A stretch of 64,000 nt of DNA, from positions 2,232,001 to 2,296,000 of the forward strand of contig NW_027271100.1 of NCBI RefSeq assembly GCF_040938485.1. The letters run 5' to 3'. Positions 41,357-53,210 of this stretch are shown here, piece by piece. The stretch is from Diadema antillarum. Its lineage: Eukaryota. The notes under the pieces are model-generated. The model searched no databases. It worked only from the letters and a program-made list of their open reading frames with translations, and was not told where the DNA came from. Each line of letters starts with the position of its first letter. The first letter of the stretch is position 1. The translations under genes were made by a program, and so were the position numbers.

Positions 41357-41944
41357 TTTCCCCCTGTCTCTCTCTGTAAAGTATTAATCATAGAGATGGG
41401 AGACCACCTCGCCGTGATAATGAATCGCTGGAGTGGATACCTAATGGACTGATGATTAAGTACTCCGGTATCTACTGCTATTTTTTGACTTTTTCAAAGC
41501 AAACAAGTGTAGCTAGAGTGTCTCCTGAAGTATTATCTTGTTGTCCTTGTGCTATTTTGAGCTCAGCTTGTCTTCAGATTTCAACCAAGCAAATATTGTT
41601 GAAGGACATTGCATTTTACCTAGATTACCTGCAATTCTGTAATGGTATAGCGACCTCTCCAAATAATTAACGAGCTAATGTAGACGTGGCACAGGCAACG
41701 CGATAAAATGACTTTGACTTTCTCTGGTATATCTCAGAACGTGTGTGAAGGACCATCCGTCAAATGACCTCAAATGAGCATCAAGTTGTGTTCAAATCTT
41801 GTATCAGCAAAACTGGAGAGCATGCAAGTCAAAACTTGATCATAGTGATGAAGAAAGCAATGGAAACCAGTAAAGTTTTGAATCTTGGTGGGAGCGCAAG
41901 CCGTTTGGGGTTTTTCCAGTAGCACGAGTCGCGACAGTCACGTC

Positions 41945-42233
41945 TATGGCATGCCATTTGCTCAATAATTCCGAAAACTATATTTATCGCCGATAAACAC
42001 TGTTTCGCGATAAACATGTTTATCGCTCAAAAAACTGTGTTTATCGGCCGATAAACATTGTTTTTCTGAAAAACTATGTTTATCGAGTGATAAACAGTGT
42101 TTCTGGAAATACTATGTTTATCGGGCGAAAAACTTAGTTTATCGATCGAAAAACATTGTTCATCGCCGACAAACAGTGTTTATCGGCGATAAACATAATT
42201 TTTCGGAATTATTGGACAAAATGGCGTGCCATA
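41945..42233. mobile_element. IS3EU-like MITE
   Basis: TIRs tatggcatgccattt..aataattccgaaaa / ttttcggaattatt..aaatggcgtgccata. Perfect 6-bp TSD cacgtc at 41939-41944 and 42234-42239. The interior is built of tttatcg/cgataaac repeats. TAYGG..CCRTA termini with a 6-bp TSD match the IS3EU superfamily. Confidence 0.8.
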
Positions 42234-45200
42234 CACGTCGTCGTCTTCTTCAGCTCCAGTGAGATAGGTTGTTTACCAGACACACCAAGACCTCAGAACT
42301 GCCATTTATCTGTAATGGCAGGAGAAGGGAGGGAAGGGACGGAAAGGAATCTGTGATTATAATTCCACAGTTATTACCCCTTTTTATCTTCTTAGCATGG
42401 ATATATATGCTATAGATGTCATGACAACAGTGTGATTACAAGTATTTCAACTTACGATAATGATCACTTTTGATCATTCGCTGGTATTGAAAGGAACAAC
42501 ATTTACGGAAATTGCGAGAGTGTTAAGACAAAACGTATACAGTTATTTTTGGGGGGAGGAGGGGCAAGAGAGCGTTGCAAACGAGTTTTAAAACTTAAAG
42601 ATTTGTTTTTCTTGCAGGGATGTTGTGTGAAAAGAGGACTGTTAATAATTAAGGTATCCCAAGAAAAAGATAAATAGGTCCTGACAGGGGTTATGAAGAA
42701 GAAGAGAAGGAAAAAGAAAAAGATGATGATGAAGAAGAAGAAGGAGAAGAAGAGAGAAAAAGAGAGATAACTCACAATCTTCTGTATCTCTTCATCATTC
42801 TTATGATGGCACCTAAAGCGGAACAAGTTAACGTGTTTGTGTGTTTGACAATCACACAAAGGGAGAGATCTATTTTGAAGAGTAATGCAATTCTGATGCA
42901 GAGTGCGTTAATGTAACTGGTGCAGGTTTTTTTTCTTTTATGCCAGAAGGGATGGATTTCAATAAAAGAAATAGCTTCTTGTGGGGGAAGAAATTTAAAA
43001 TTAGCAACTAAAATTTGATCAGTGCAATTCAAACGTGGGAATGAATTACTGCCACATTCCCAACCAAATTCATTCTTTCTTTCTTTTTTGTCAGTAGTAG
43101 AGAAACTTACCATAAAAGGGCAAGGGCGAAGTTTCTGTTGCGATATTAGATTGAACAGGTTGGGAGTGTTGACGTCACTGTGATACATAAGGCAAAATAT
43201 GTGACTTTTATTGTGATTACTTGAATACGTGCTCTCTGTGAAACGAGTGGCTGGGAAGATAACGTTTTTGTCAAGACTATCTTAAAAGAAAAATTTGATT
43301 AAACAGAGCTGGAACTTTTACAGCAACATTACAGTGAGTGAGGATTTTGGTTACATAAAAAATGTGTTCTTTCTAACAGATTATAATTCAAAACGTAAGG
43401 TTCTTCAAATAACTTAGTTGTATGGCTATGCCTACACACTAGGAACGTTACCATTAGTATACATTATAAAATGGGTAGAAATTGACGGGTGGGAAATGTC
43501 TTTCGTCATCTACATAAGGCGGTTGCTCTAACGTTTAGAGATTTGCTGAGTCAGGCTGTCCCATGCTTGTAATATGGGATATTGAGAAAGTTCTCGGTAT
43601 CATTCATTTATTACGGCCATGATTAACAATCGAAAGGAGGAGATTCTGAGCGTTCTCTTTGCCAATTACTCTCAAAATTATCAGCTTAGCACTTCTTAGC
43701 TGAAAGTATGTCCAGTCATCAAAAGAGATTTGGAGAGATGAACACTGAAATACAAAAATAATAGTCAACGCGGCATTGTCACGATTTTAATACAGCAGCG
43801 AAGAGGATGAAAGAAAGGCATCTTGTTTTGATATATTTGCCAAGTTCAACGTTTAGAAATTGATAGGTTTTCAAGATAATGCTTTCGATGAGAGATGAAA
43901 AGCAGATGTTAAATAAAGAGAAACATTGGAAGAAATTCGGTAAATCTTGGGGACGGATCTTGATAATTTGATAAAATGACGACAAAAAGTATAATGTTTA
44001 TATCAGTTACTAGGAGCAAATGCGTGGCAATACCAACGATAAATTAGGCAGAAGATTGATCTGGCTGTGATGAAAACAGTTTACTAGTATCCACTTCAGA
44101 GAAAACACTTTCTTTTTAAAATGCACAGTTGACCAGATGACGAATGACACTAACGGAATACGAAGTAGAAGACGCTCACAGCCGAAATTTTCATTTCTGT
44201 ATATTGCTATCTACATCTTTGGCTATCAAGATTGTCACAAGGTTGGTAATTTCTTTTATTCATTTTTTTCCATATCTGACTCTTGGGCGCCGTCATCAGT
44301 CACATTAAGCTTTCAAAATTGGCAGGTCCCATTTGTTACCATCACTCAGGCGGTACAAAGACAGAGACGAAGTCAAAATATGGTCAGTGAGTTTTTCAGC
44401 TTTACTGCTTTCACTTCTGGTGATGCCAGCGCAATGTCAGTACGTTCTGAACATACTAATCCCTCGTGCACTTTGTGGCATATTATAGAGAGGTCTACAG
44501 GAATGGAAACCCTCTTCCCGCCGATGGCAAAGAACAGGGGCCGGCGATTTAATTCCAAACGCATGCAGAGAAAGGTACATTGGCGACTACTTAACAGCTA
44601 TACGACTTGATACAGTTTGAGAAAATCGATCTGAGCGGAAGCCCAATACGTGGATCGGTTCAGAGGCCGACTCGAGTAGACTGATCGACTACAGGTGTTT
44701 GGTTAGTCGTCACCTTAAGTGGTCTTTCCTTAAGGCGAATAAAGGCGTAACTCCTTCAGACTGGAATTTGCTGCATCCCAACTTTCTTGGCTGTAGCAGC
44801 TAGGTTCCACAGAGTAATAGGGAGGGGTATATAGTGCCTGTTATGTTTTTTATTTTCATTTTACTGTTTTTATATTCATATATCTTTTTGGGAACTTTCT
44901 TTTTAATTACACTCAAATAATTATCCACCATTTTATACAATTAGAAAATATATCCTTGAATATGTTGTTTATAAACACCCCAGAAGGGCTTGTTACGTGT
45001 ACATTCGCACACGCACGATAATCACGTACCTTAAAGGTAGCTCTATAAAACATGATTCATCGTCTACGAAGTGTAGGGTTAAAAACCCATCATGTCGTAA
45101 ATATGTCAATTTGTAAAACACGAAGTGGCACTGACGATTGACTGAAATTAACCCCCCAAAAAAGTAAGTATGAATGGTCATTGAAAAGAGACTAAAACCA

Positions 45201-47311
45201 AGGAGGCGGTAAAGCACACGATGGGAATCTATAAATACAGCACACATCCGGATACAATTTCGGAAGACAGAGATCGCGTGGTGCCGCCTACATTTATGGC
45301 TATAGTGACCAATGACAGAAGAAAGATTGCTATACAGTAAGGGACCTGCAGAAATTGTGTCAAAGTAAGAAAACTGAGCTGACAAGCAAAATCAAACGAA
45401 CGAACAAGCAAGAGGAAGTCATAAAACTTCCGAACCATAAAGGTAAATGCCACAAGATGGTCCAAATCATACTGAAAAGAATGGTAGCATTGACAAACGA
45501 TATTATGTGCATGGCAATGTTGAGTCTTTTGTCTGCGTGATGTCCGTATGTACGCCATACATTTCTCAATAACAAGCACTTGTATTCTTTAAGTGCTAGA
45601 ATATAAGGTCATAGGAATGTAAGGTTATAGCAGATATCAGTCATGTCGAGGACTGATTGAAATAAAATGAGTTTTCAAGATCCGATGACATTTAAAAATC
45701 ATTAGAAAAGAAATTTGTGACCCTACGCTTCCTACGGTAGATTGTTCGTTTATACTCAAACACTCAAAACTTAATGACACACAGAGAAGTGATTATGTGA
45801 GCCACCGTTACAAACTCAAAGCTATCATAAATGCTTTTCTCCTTGTATTGAGAGTGTTGTTTACACCGAAGTAGTGGCTTGAGACGAGACATCGAATCTA
45901 GAGTGGTCGGAATATGAGAGATTGTTCTCGTAACAACTACGTTTTCTTATGATTTATAACAAACATTTCTTGTGGCTTGTTCAATAATCACTGAAATCTT
46001 ACCTTGCGTGCCGTTTACGCGTCCATGTACGGCATTATCATTGAGAAATAATGAACTGAAAACATGGAAAACTAGTTCATATGTTACGAAAAGTCTAGCA
46101 ACTAAGATAAAAAAAAAACACTTCTGCTTCATTCTTTTTTTCCAGTTTCAAAGGATTGATTTATTAAACGATAGAATGGCAGCTGAAGAAAGAAGAGCAA
46201 TGTTCCGGCAGATATTGGTCAGTTCATTAATCTTTTTGATGTTGATGGCTATCTAGAGAATAAAATAGTCATAATCACACACTCTGAAATATTTTAGTGA
46301 CTATGGTGAACAACAAAACAGGAATCAATCACTTTATATTATTAGATAGTATTGTTGAAGGTCTGCGGAATCTACTCACATGCGACGTTTCCCTCCAACA
46401 TTTTAGTTAAATTCTATCTGCTACTTCCAACGTTGCTAGAGACTGTGCGTGCTAAATAGAATGCCTCCCCGAAGAAGCCTAGTTCGCCCATCTGTCCAAC
46501 TGGTATTTTCGTTTTCATATATTACCGTTTATCAAATGAAACCTAAGCTGCCTTTATTCGATAGCTGCACGAATAGGGAATGGTTGAATAATCCCTATCC
46601 GCCCAAGGAATGGCACTGCAAAGACTTCGTCCATCTTCTATTTATTTGTGGGGTTTTTTTTAGGCTCAGGTTTAGCTTTAATATCAACATTCTTCACTAC
46701 CTTTATTTCATTATTTCTTTTTAACGAAAGCACGATTCACGTTCAACTAGAACACAGCTTAAACACAATTTCACGCCGCTAATCGTTACCATGATGTTGA
46801 TTGGCTCCAAGCAACATTATATGATTTTCAATAGGTTATTGGGCCTTGAGCCCCAGGGACAAGCTATATCGGCATCTTGGAAAGAAAACATTATCCGACT
46901 TATATTTTCTCAGCTGCTCCGCAAATTGGCATATTTCTACCGCTGATGAAATGTTCCAAGCTTACTGTTGTTTGTTTTTTTCTCGCACTTTGGTTAGTAA
47001 GCCGCATATGGTTGATTGTCCCGCTGTACAGATTGAGGTTTTGCACGCACATGCCCATTACCCAGGCAGAAACTCAATACCTTTCACCTTCAATCTTATG
47101 TCCAGTACATGTAGTTCTGTTAATCGATCCTTATTAAATTCTGTCATCTGTATTAACAAGAAAAACAACCAACCAAATGAGCCGTCTCCTTCATCCATGT
47201 AGCAAAGTATCGATTGTCGGCTTACAATAGAAATACAACAATTTCCTTCTTGTTATTTCTATAATCACATAACACCGACACACAAACACACACGCACATA
47301 TCTGCCATTAA

Positions 47312-47357
<46 letters not shown>

Positions 47358-48572
47358 CTGTACCGTGTAATATCTACCGTGCATCCTAGGCTTACGTCAT
47401 CTACTATGGGTGAGAAGAGAGTAAGAGCAAACAAGCTATCATAATATAATATTACATTCTCATCCCCTCGACCTATATTCGTCTCGTTTTTGTTGATGTT
47501 GTTACCGAATTGTTTGTAACATTGTTTCGCTGAGCTCAAGCTAACAGGGAGCAAAGTGAATGACTGATACTTTGAAGGAGGAGTACGATAAACTGTGTTG
47601 ATTAGACCGGTCTGCTAGGAGAGAACATGCTGAACTCCAGACGAATCAAATTCAGAGGAGTTTTATGAGTTTTATGGATACATGAGCAATCATGACTAAT
47701 TGTCACGTGATCACGGTGGATAGTTGAGTTACTAACAGCATATGCTTATTCGTAACATTCTGATTTGTTTGATTTCGCGTCATAATGTTCTCATTAAAGA
47801 TTGCTCGATAACGTGCCAATATGTTTCAAGACCTCAATCGAAACGGATCAAGGAAATTTCACTGTTTTAAAGAAATGACAGGAAAATCGGAATGAGATGA
47901 ATTTGCTACATACACACACCAGGGGTGACAGTAATTTTAACAAATTCTCACGTGAGGAAAAGACTGACATATGTAGGCTGAGTGGGAGGGGAGTCTAGAA
48001 AATCGAACACGTTATAACGCTAAGGACAGGAGTCAATTCCGGGGCCCTCCTATGAAGATTCTATTTGAATTTGACTCAAATTTCGCTTTTTCATTTCTCC
48101 GCTCTCTGTTCGCGAGCTAAGAGAAATCTGACGCCCCTCTCTAACGCTCATGACTGTGAGTGTTGTGTTTTCTCAGTCTCCCATTACGTGCGCTGTCAGA
48201 CTGTGTCGTTCTCCGGATCTTTTTTTTTTTTTTTTTTTTTTTTTGTGCTGGCCGAATCGGCGCTCATTTGCCTACGTCCTAATTCACTGCACCTCACTCA
48301 TCACTTCGAAAGGAACGTGGAAACATTGAGTCAAAGAGGGACACACCGTATAAAAACCTTTTGATGGAATTGCTAAAGGTTCACATTGTATTCATTTTAT
48401 GTCTATATGACTTCAAAAAGTACTCAAGTGCATGTAGATTTTTTTTGTGGTAAACCCGATGTATCCCAGCTGACGATGTTGTATGATATATTATTACTAG
48501 TATATGATTAAGTGTATCTTTATTTCACATGACTGCACATATCCATGTAACCCATATCATCGATACACACAT

Positions 48573-48656
<84 letters not shown>

Positions 48657-49397
48657 GTCTACCGATTATGAAGATAGTGATGTCAATGTTAGAAAAAAAA
48701 TGTCTCAGGTCGCGACATTTTCTCTATCAGGCATGAAGCAATATTGAATCAAAAGAAAAAAAAAACCAGGAAAATCTATGTCGCCACATTAATGCCGGAT
48801 TGCAGAGCTACAAACAAAATCCACTCGAAGAAAGAGGAAAAGAAACTTGACTGTCCCTCGAGGGAGAATCAGAATCCAGATCATGTATGGTGTCTACTTG
48901 TACAAACGTAGATTTTCCCCCTTTTTACACTCACTCATTTGCTCCTCACTCACACCTCTTTATTTTGCTAGAACAAACATGTACTTCAGTGAGGGGAAGA
49001 GTGGAGTGTTGACTCGATAGATCAAGGGAGCCAGCTCTACTCGAACTGCTGAAAGAAATGCCGAGTAGAATTCATCTCCACAGGAATGAAAAATGCTCTT
49101 TCGACTGACACTTCGGAGCTACGATCTTTGTTGTCTTGAGACAAAAAAAAAGAATGATTTTTCGTTTAAAGATAAATTTAAAAATGCAACTGTTCATAGA
49201 AATAATCAAAGTATTATGGATTGTTTCATATGTGTGTGCGCGTATAAGTGCAAATATGTATTTCATTCGTAAGAATAAAAAAAGTATTAATTAAAGTTCT
49301 CTTTTTTCTGGGGTCAGTCGAGACAGGTCCACATTGCCATCCTTCATAGGATTAGTTTGCAGAGTACATTTTCAAAGACTTTTGACAGTGATACTGA

Positions 49398-49620
49398 TTA
49401 AAGGGGTGGCATAGTTTTGGCTGAGGTAGGGATTCAGATTTCAACATTTTGCGAAATAATTAGGAACCACTCATGTGAAATATTAAAGGGTATTAAGTAA
49501 TCTAAAAGGAATTCAAAGTTTTATTTGATGAAAATCGGTTTTGCAATGACTGAGATATCCAAAACAGAGTAAAACAAAATCGTCCTAGTAAAAGGCGGGT
49601 CCCACCTTTTATCAGGACCA
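49398..49620 (+). mobile_element. End fragment of a TTAA-flanked (Kolobok-like) non-autonomous DNA transposon
   Basis: TTAA|AGGGGTGGCATAG start and a ggaattcaaagttttatttgatgaaaatcgg core that resembles echinoid TTAA-type MITEs (recalled pattern, not searched). The partner end was not found. Confidence 0.42.
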
Positions 49621-50239
49621 CTACCTCTAATAGCCCCTACAAAACTACAGGCCGACAATTTTTATACGCCATGCTCATATCTCTACACATTCTTGTCCAA
49701 CAATACAAAAACAGTCTTATTTTAGCATAACATGAAAGGGACACAAGCAAATCTGCTTTGCGTTCAGGTGCATGGAATCCATTCTGCTGAGCCAACTGTG
49801 ATGGTAAATATAACTACCTATCACTACCACCACCACCGCCATCTCCATTATTTTTTTACCAAAACCCACACAGGTCGACAAAAATGTTAACCCCCATGTT
49901 CATATCACTACACATTCTCGTCCAACTGTGATGGTATAAAATACCTACAGTAATAAATGCCAAATTATTTTTAAAAAATCTTATCACGGCTCTACTGGTA
50001 TCTACGTGGGCATTCCTGTACATAGCCCACGCAGTTTAAAAAAAAAAAGAAGAAGAATGCTGTAATCAGTGACAGTAAACTACATCCTACTTATTGTTCG
50101 TATTCCCTTATTTGTAATGTGATTTTTGAGCAACGATGATGCGTCAAAGAGTTTGTTCGAGAATGACCAATGTTCGGGAAAAAAATAATGTCTCAAAGCG
50201 GACATTCAGGCATGTGCTACATTATAATATTCTACTTGA

Positions 50240-50312
50240 CAATAATAATAATAATAATACTACATTTATAAAGCGCATAATAAGCACATGCTTCTCTATG
50301 CGCTGTACAATT
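50240..50312 (-). mobile_element. L2/CR1-type LINE 3' terminus
   Basis: The minus strand reads gcgcatagagaagcatgtgcttattatgcgctttataaatgtag followed by (TAT)n, the typical L2/CR1 end stem-loop and tail. Confidence 0.6.
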
Positions 50313-51110
50313 CAGATACAACATACAAACAAATGACTAACAAATGGTTAAAAACAATTATTGTGAGCTCATCCTATTAACAGTGTTTGTGTGAGGTGTA
50401 CGTTAGATCTCGGGTACTCCATTAAGTAGGCCAACTGAAATTCGACAGAGGAGCAATTTGAGCCTTCGTTTTGGAGTATGGGTGGGGCGTGACACTTGTA
50501 TTCTTCCATTTAGCGCCTATGCCTCCCTGCCTTCAATGTGGAATGAATAAGTAGCCTACGTGTAGAAGCCTTGACAAGAAACCGTGATATTCTCACGCAG
50601 TCCGTATAGAAAACCCGGATTACGTTTTCCATTGTTAACTCCAGTCTTTTGAACTTCTGTAAATCCTCGACCACACTGCAAGAATACTTGGTGTCAAAGT
50701 TCCTTTTCAATGACGCTTAAGGTGTATTGAAACTGCCATAACTAGTCACGACCTGTTGTATACACAATCACTAAAACTCTGGGATTGTGGTTTCCATGTG
50801 ATTAATTCTTTCCTTTGTAGCTACATCGTGGGCACTCGATCCGGACAAGTAATAATTTGGTCTCCAGACGCAAGTCCTTTTTCACATAAACCGGATTTAA
50901 CACTCATACAATGTGATTGTGCTGTTGGACACTGTTATCTCTACATTTTGTAAGAGATAGCGGCTGGCAAGAAAAGACTAGGCTACTCGAACTGATGAAA
51001 ACTGTCCTTAAGCTCAATATTTTGGAGAAAGTGGCTGTCAAGAAAAGACTAGGTTGCTCGGGAATCATTCATGCAGAACACCCAAAAGTCAATAAAAGAG
51101 ATGCAACCCC

Positions 51111-52614
51111 CGGCGTAACCCTGCATTTCTCTCGATGCAGGAGTAGGCAGATGACATCATTTCCGGATCCCTGTCCCCTTCCTTCCGTTGTATATATATC
51201 ATTGTAAATATGAAAATAAATGTAATTTGCTTTTTTGTAAATAATTTAAAGTAGTTTAGGTTTTTATAATTAAATTTCAGGCATATCTGAATAATTATAT
51301 TTTTTGGAGCAAATTGCCCACCCGGCAGAGAGCTCCACAATCTAAAACAACAACAACAACGGTGGTCGGGGGTTGCCGATAAGGCAACTAGAGGCGCCTG
51401 ACCCCGGGAAAGGCCAAGACATCACCGGCGTCGGCGGGCGGGTCCTATACCTGCTTTGCCGACGGGAACGGCGTAACCCTGCATTTCTCTCGATGCAGGA
51501 GTAGGCAGATGACATCATTTCCGGAACCCTGTCCCCTTCCTTCCGTTGTATATATATCATTGTAAATATGAAAATAAATGTAATTTGGTTTTTTGTAAAT
51601 AATTTAAAGTAGTTTAGGTTTTTATAATTAAATTTCAGGCATATCTGAATAATTATATTTTTTGGAGCAAATTGCCTACCCGGCAGAGAGCTCCACAATC
51701 TAAAACAACAACAACAACGGTGGTCGGGGGTTGGGCTCCCCGGCCCAATGCCGACAAGAAGAGGCGCAGGAAGAGGAAGGAGAGCTACGGCATCTACATC
51801 TACAAGGTTCTGAAGCAAGTCCACCCAGATACTGGAATTTCGAGTCGCGCCATGTCCATCATGAACAGCTTCGTCAACGACATTTTCGAACGCATCGCCG
51901 CCGAAGCTGCCCGTCTCGGTCAGTACAACAAGAAGTCGACCATCAGCAGCCGTGAAGTGCAGACCGCAGTGCGCCTCCTTCTCCCCGGAGAACTGGCAAA
52001 GCACGCCGTCAGCGAGGGCACCAAAGCTGTCACCAAGTACACTACATCCAAGTAGATGTCCACAGTCGCCTCTAATCCAAACGGCCCTTATCAGGTTGGT
52101 AACGGGCTGACCCTATGTCAGAGAGAGGAGCTCAGCACCCTCCACCCCCCTAGCTGTCTGTCTTCTCGTTCTGTCTTCACCCTTTCCGCTATTCTTCTAT
52201 CAACACTTCTCTTCCACGATGTCTCTGCCTACTAGGCTAATAATAATTAACACCTAGGCCGATAAGGCAACTAGAGGCGCCTGACCCCGGGAAAGGCCAA
52301 GACATCACCGGCGTCGGCGGGCGGGTCCTATACCTGCTTTGCCGACGGGAACGGCGTAACCCTGCATTTCTCTCGATGCAGGAGTAGGCAGATGACATCA
52401 TTTCCGGAACCCTGTCCCCTTCCTTCCTTTGTATATATATCATTGTAAATATGAAAATAAATGTAATTTGGTTTTTTGTAAATAATTTAAAGTAGTTTAG
52501 GTTTTTATAATTAAATTTCAGGCATATCTGAATAATTATATTTTTTGGAGCAAATTGCCCACCCGGCAGAGAGCTCCACAATCTAAAACAACAACAACAA
52601 CAACGGTGGTCGGG
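51111..52614 (+). repeat. Three direct copies of a ~358-bp repeat unit: 5'-truncated copy 51111-51374, full copies 51375-51732 and 52258-52614
   Basis: The copies are near-identical (1-2 private substitutions each, different (AAC)n length). Full copies start gccgataagg and all end ...aaaacaacaacaacaac-ggtggtcggg. The unit has a GC-rich hairpin-forming 5' half and an AT-rich 3' half. The H2B fragment and a 162-bp pyrimidine-rich segment lie between copies 2 and 3. Confidence 0.95.
51734..52095 (+). pseudogene. H2B: 5'-truncated histone H2B (echinoid late-type) orphon ending in a truncated histone stem-loop
   Basis: Translation reads [106 protein letters not shown] (stop 52053-52055). The native ATG and N-terminal tail are missing; the track's 'MPTRQ...' start is a TTG inside the upstream repeat. 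The 3' UTR has AAAC-GGCCCT-TATC-AGG (52079-52095), i.e. the stem-loop without its last GCC. Confidence 0.95.
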
Positions 52615-53210
52615 CGGAATTCTCCCTGGTTGTCGCCGTGAGCGGACGCGCCGCACAAGCCCTCGCGCAACCGCGGACGCAAAAACACAAGCACGAACAC
52701 ACCAACACCGCCACCACCACCACCACCACCCACACCCCAACCCAGCAAGCACACAATGCCAAACGCAACCATAAGCCTACAGCCAAACAGCAGAAGCATG
52801 ACACCAAAGTAGTGCAAATAATAAAGCATAGCAGCATCAATTATAAAACTCATCGTAAATCCTATCTATCACCATGCCATCACAACCACGACACATGCCA
52901 TTTGCTCTCAATTCAGTAAATACAGTAAACACCTATTGTTTAATTCTTCACCTTCCATGCATTTTTCTCAAAATCTTTGAAATAACTCCAATTCCACACC
53001 CTGTTTACAATTAGCACGGCTTAAATCGTTTAATTCTTCACCTTTCATGCATTTGTCTCCAACAAAATAAACAGGCTTACAGCAAGTCAGATTTTTTTTT
53101 TCGTTTTAGGCCTATCCTGACATTCAGATTTTTGCCGCCATTTTAAATACATGTATATAAAAGGATTCAGGAGTTGAACGCAGCAGATTTGGACGCAGCA
53201 TCCTCTGCGC

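Noticed and set aside
50962-51060. 28-bp motif repeated 71 bp apart just left of the concatemer (ggctg.caagaaaagactagg.t.ctcg)
   Set aside because: Only two copies with no further periodicity; probably a local duplication, and not a TSD of the chimera.
51375-51470. HDV-like ribozyme at the 5' end of the repeat (GCCGAT/GTCGGC as P1 followed by GG; GGGAAAG/CTTTGCC as P2)
   Set aside because: L3 lacks the UCC-type P1.1 partner, there is no C-N-R-A J4/2 strand, and a more stable alternative hairpin uses the same bases.
51672-52055. Intact 127-aa H2B variant with a novel N-terminal tail ([21 protein letters not shown])
   Set aside because: The 'start' is a TTG inside the repeat unit and the tail is translated (AAC)n repeat sequence. 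There is no in-frame ATG before the histone fold.
51111-52614. LTR retrotransposon with the repeats as LTRs
   Set aside because: There are three copies rather than two, no TG..CA ends, no PPT and no gag/pol. The PBS-like tggtcggg follows every copy.
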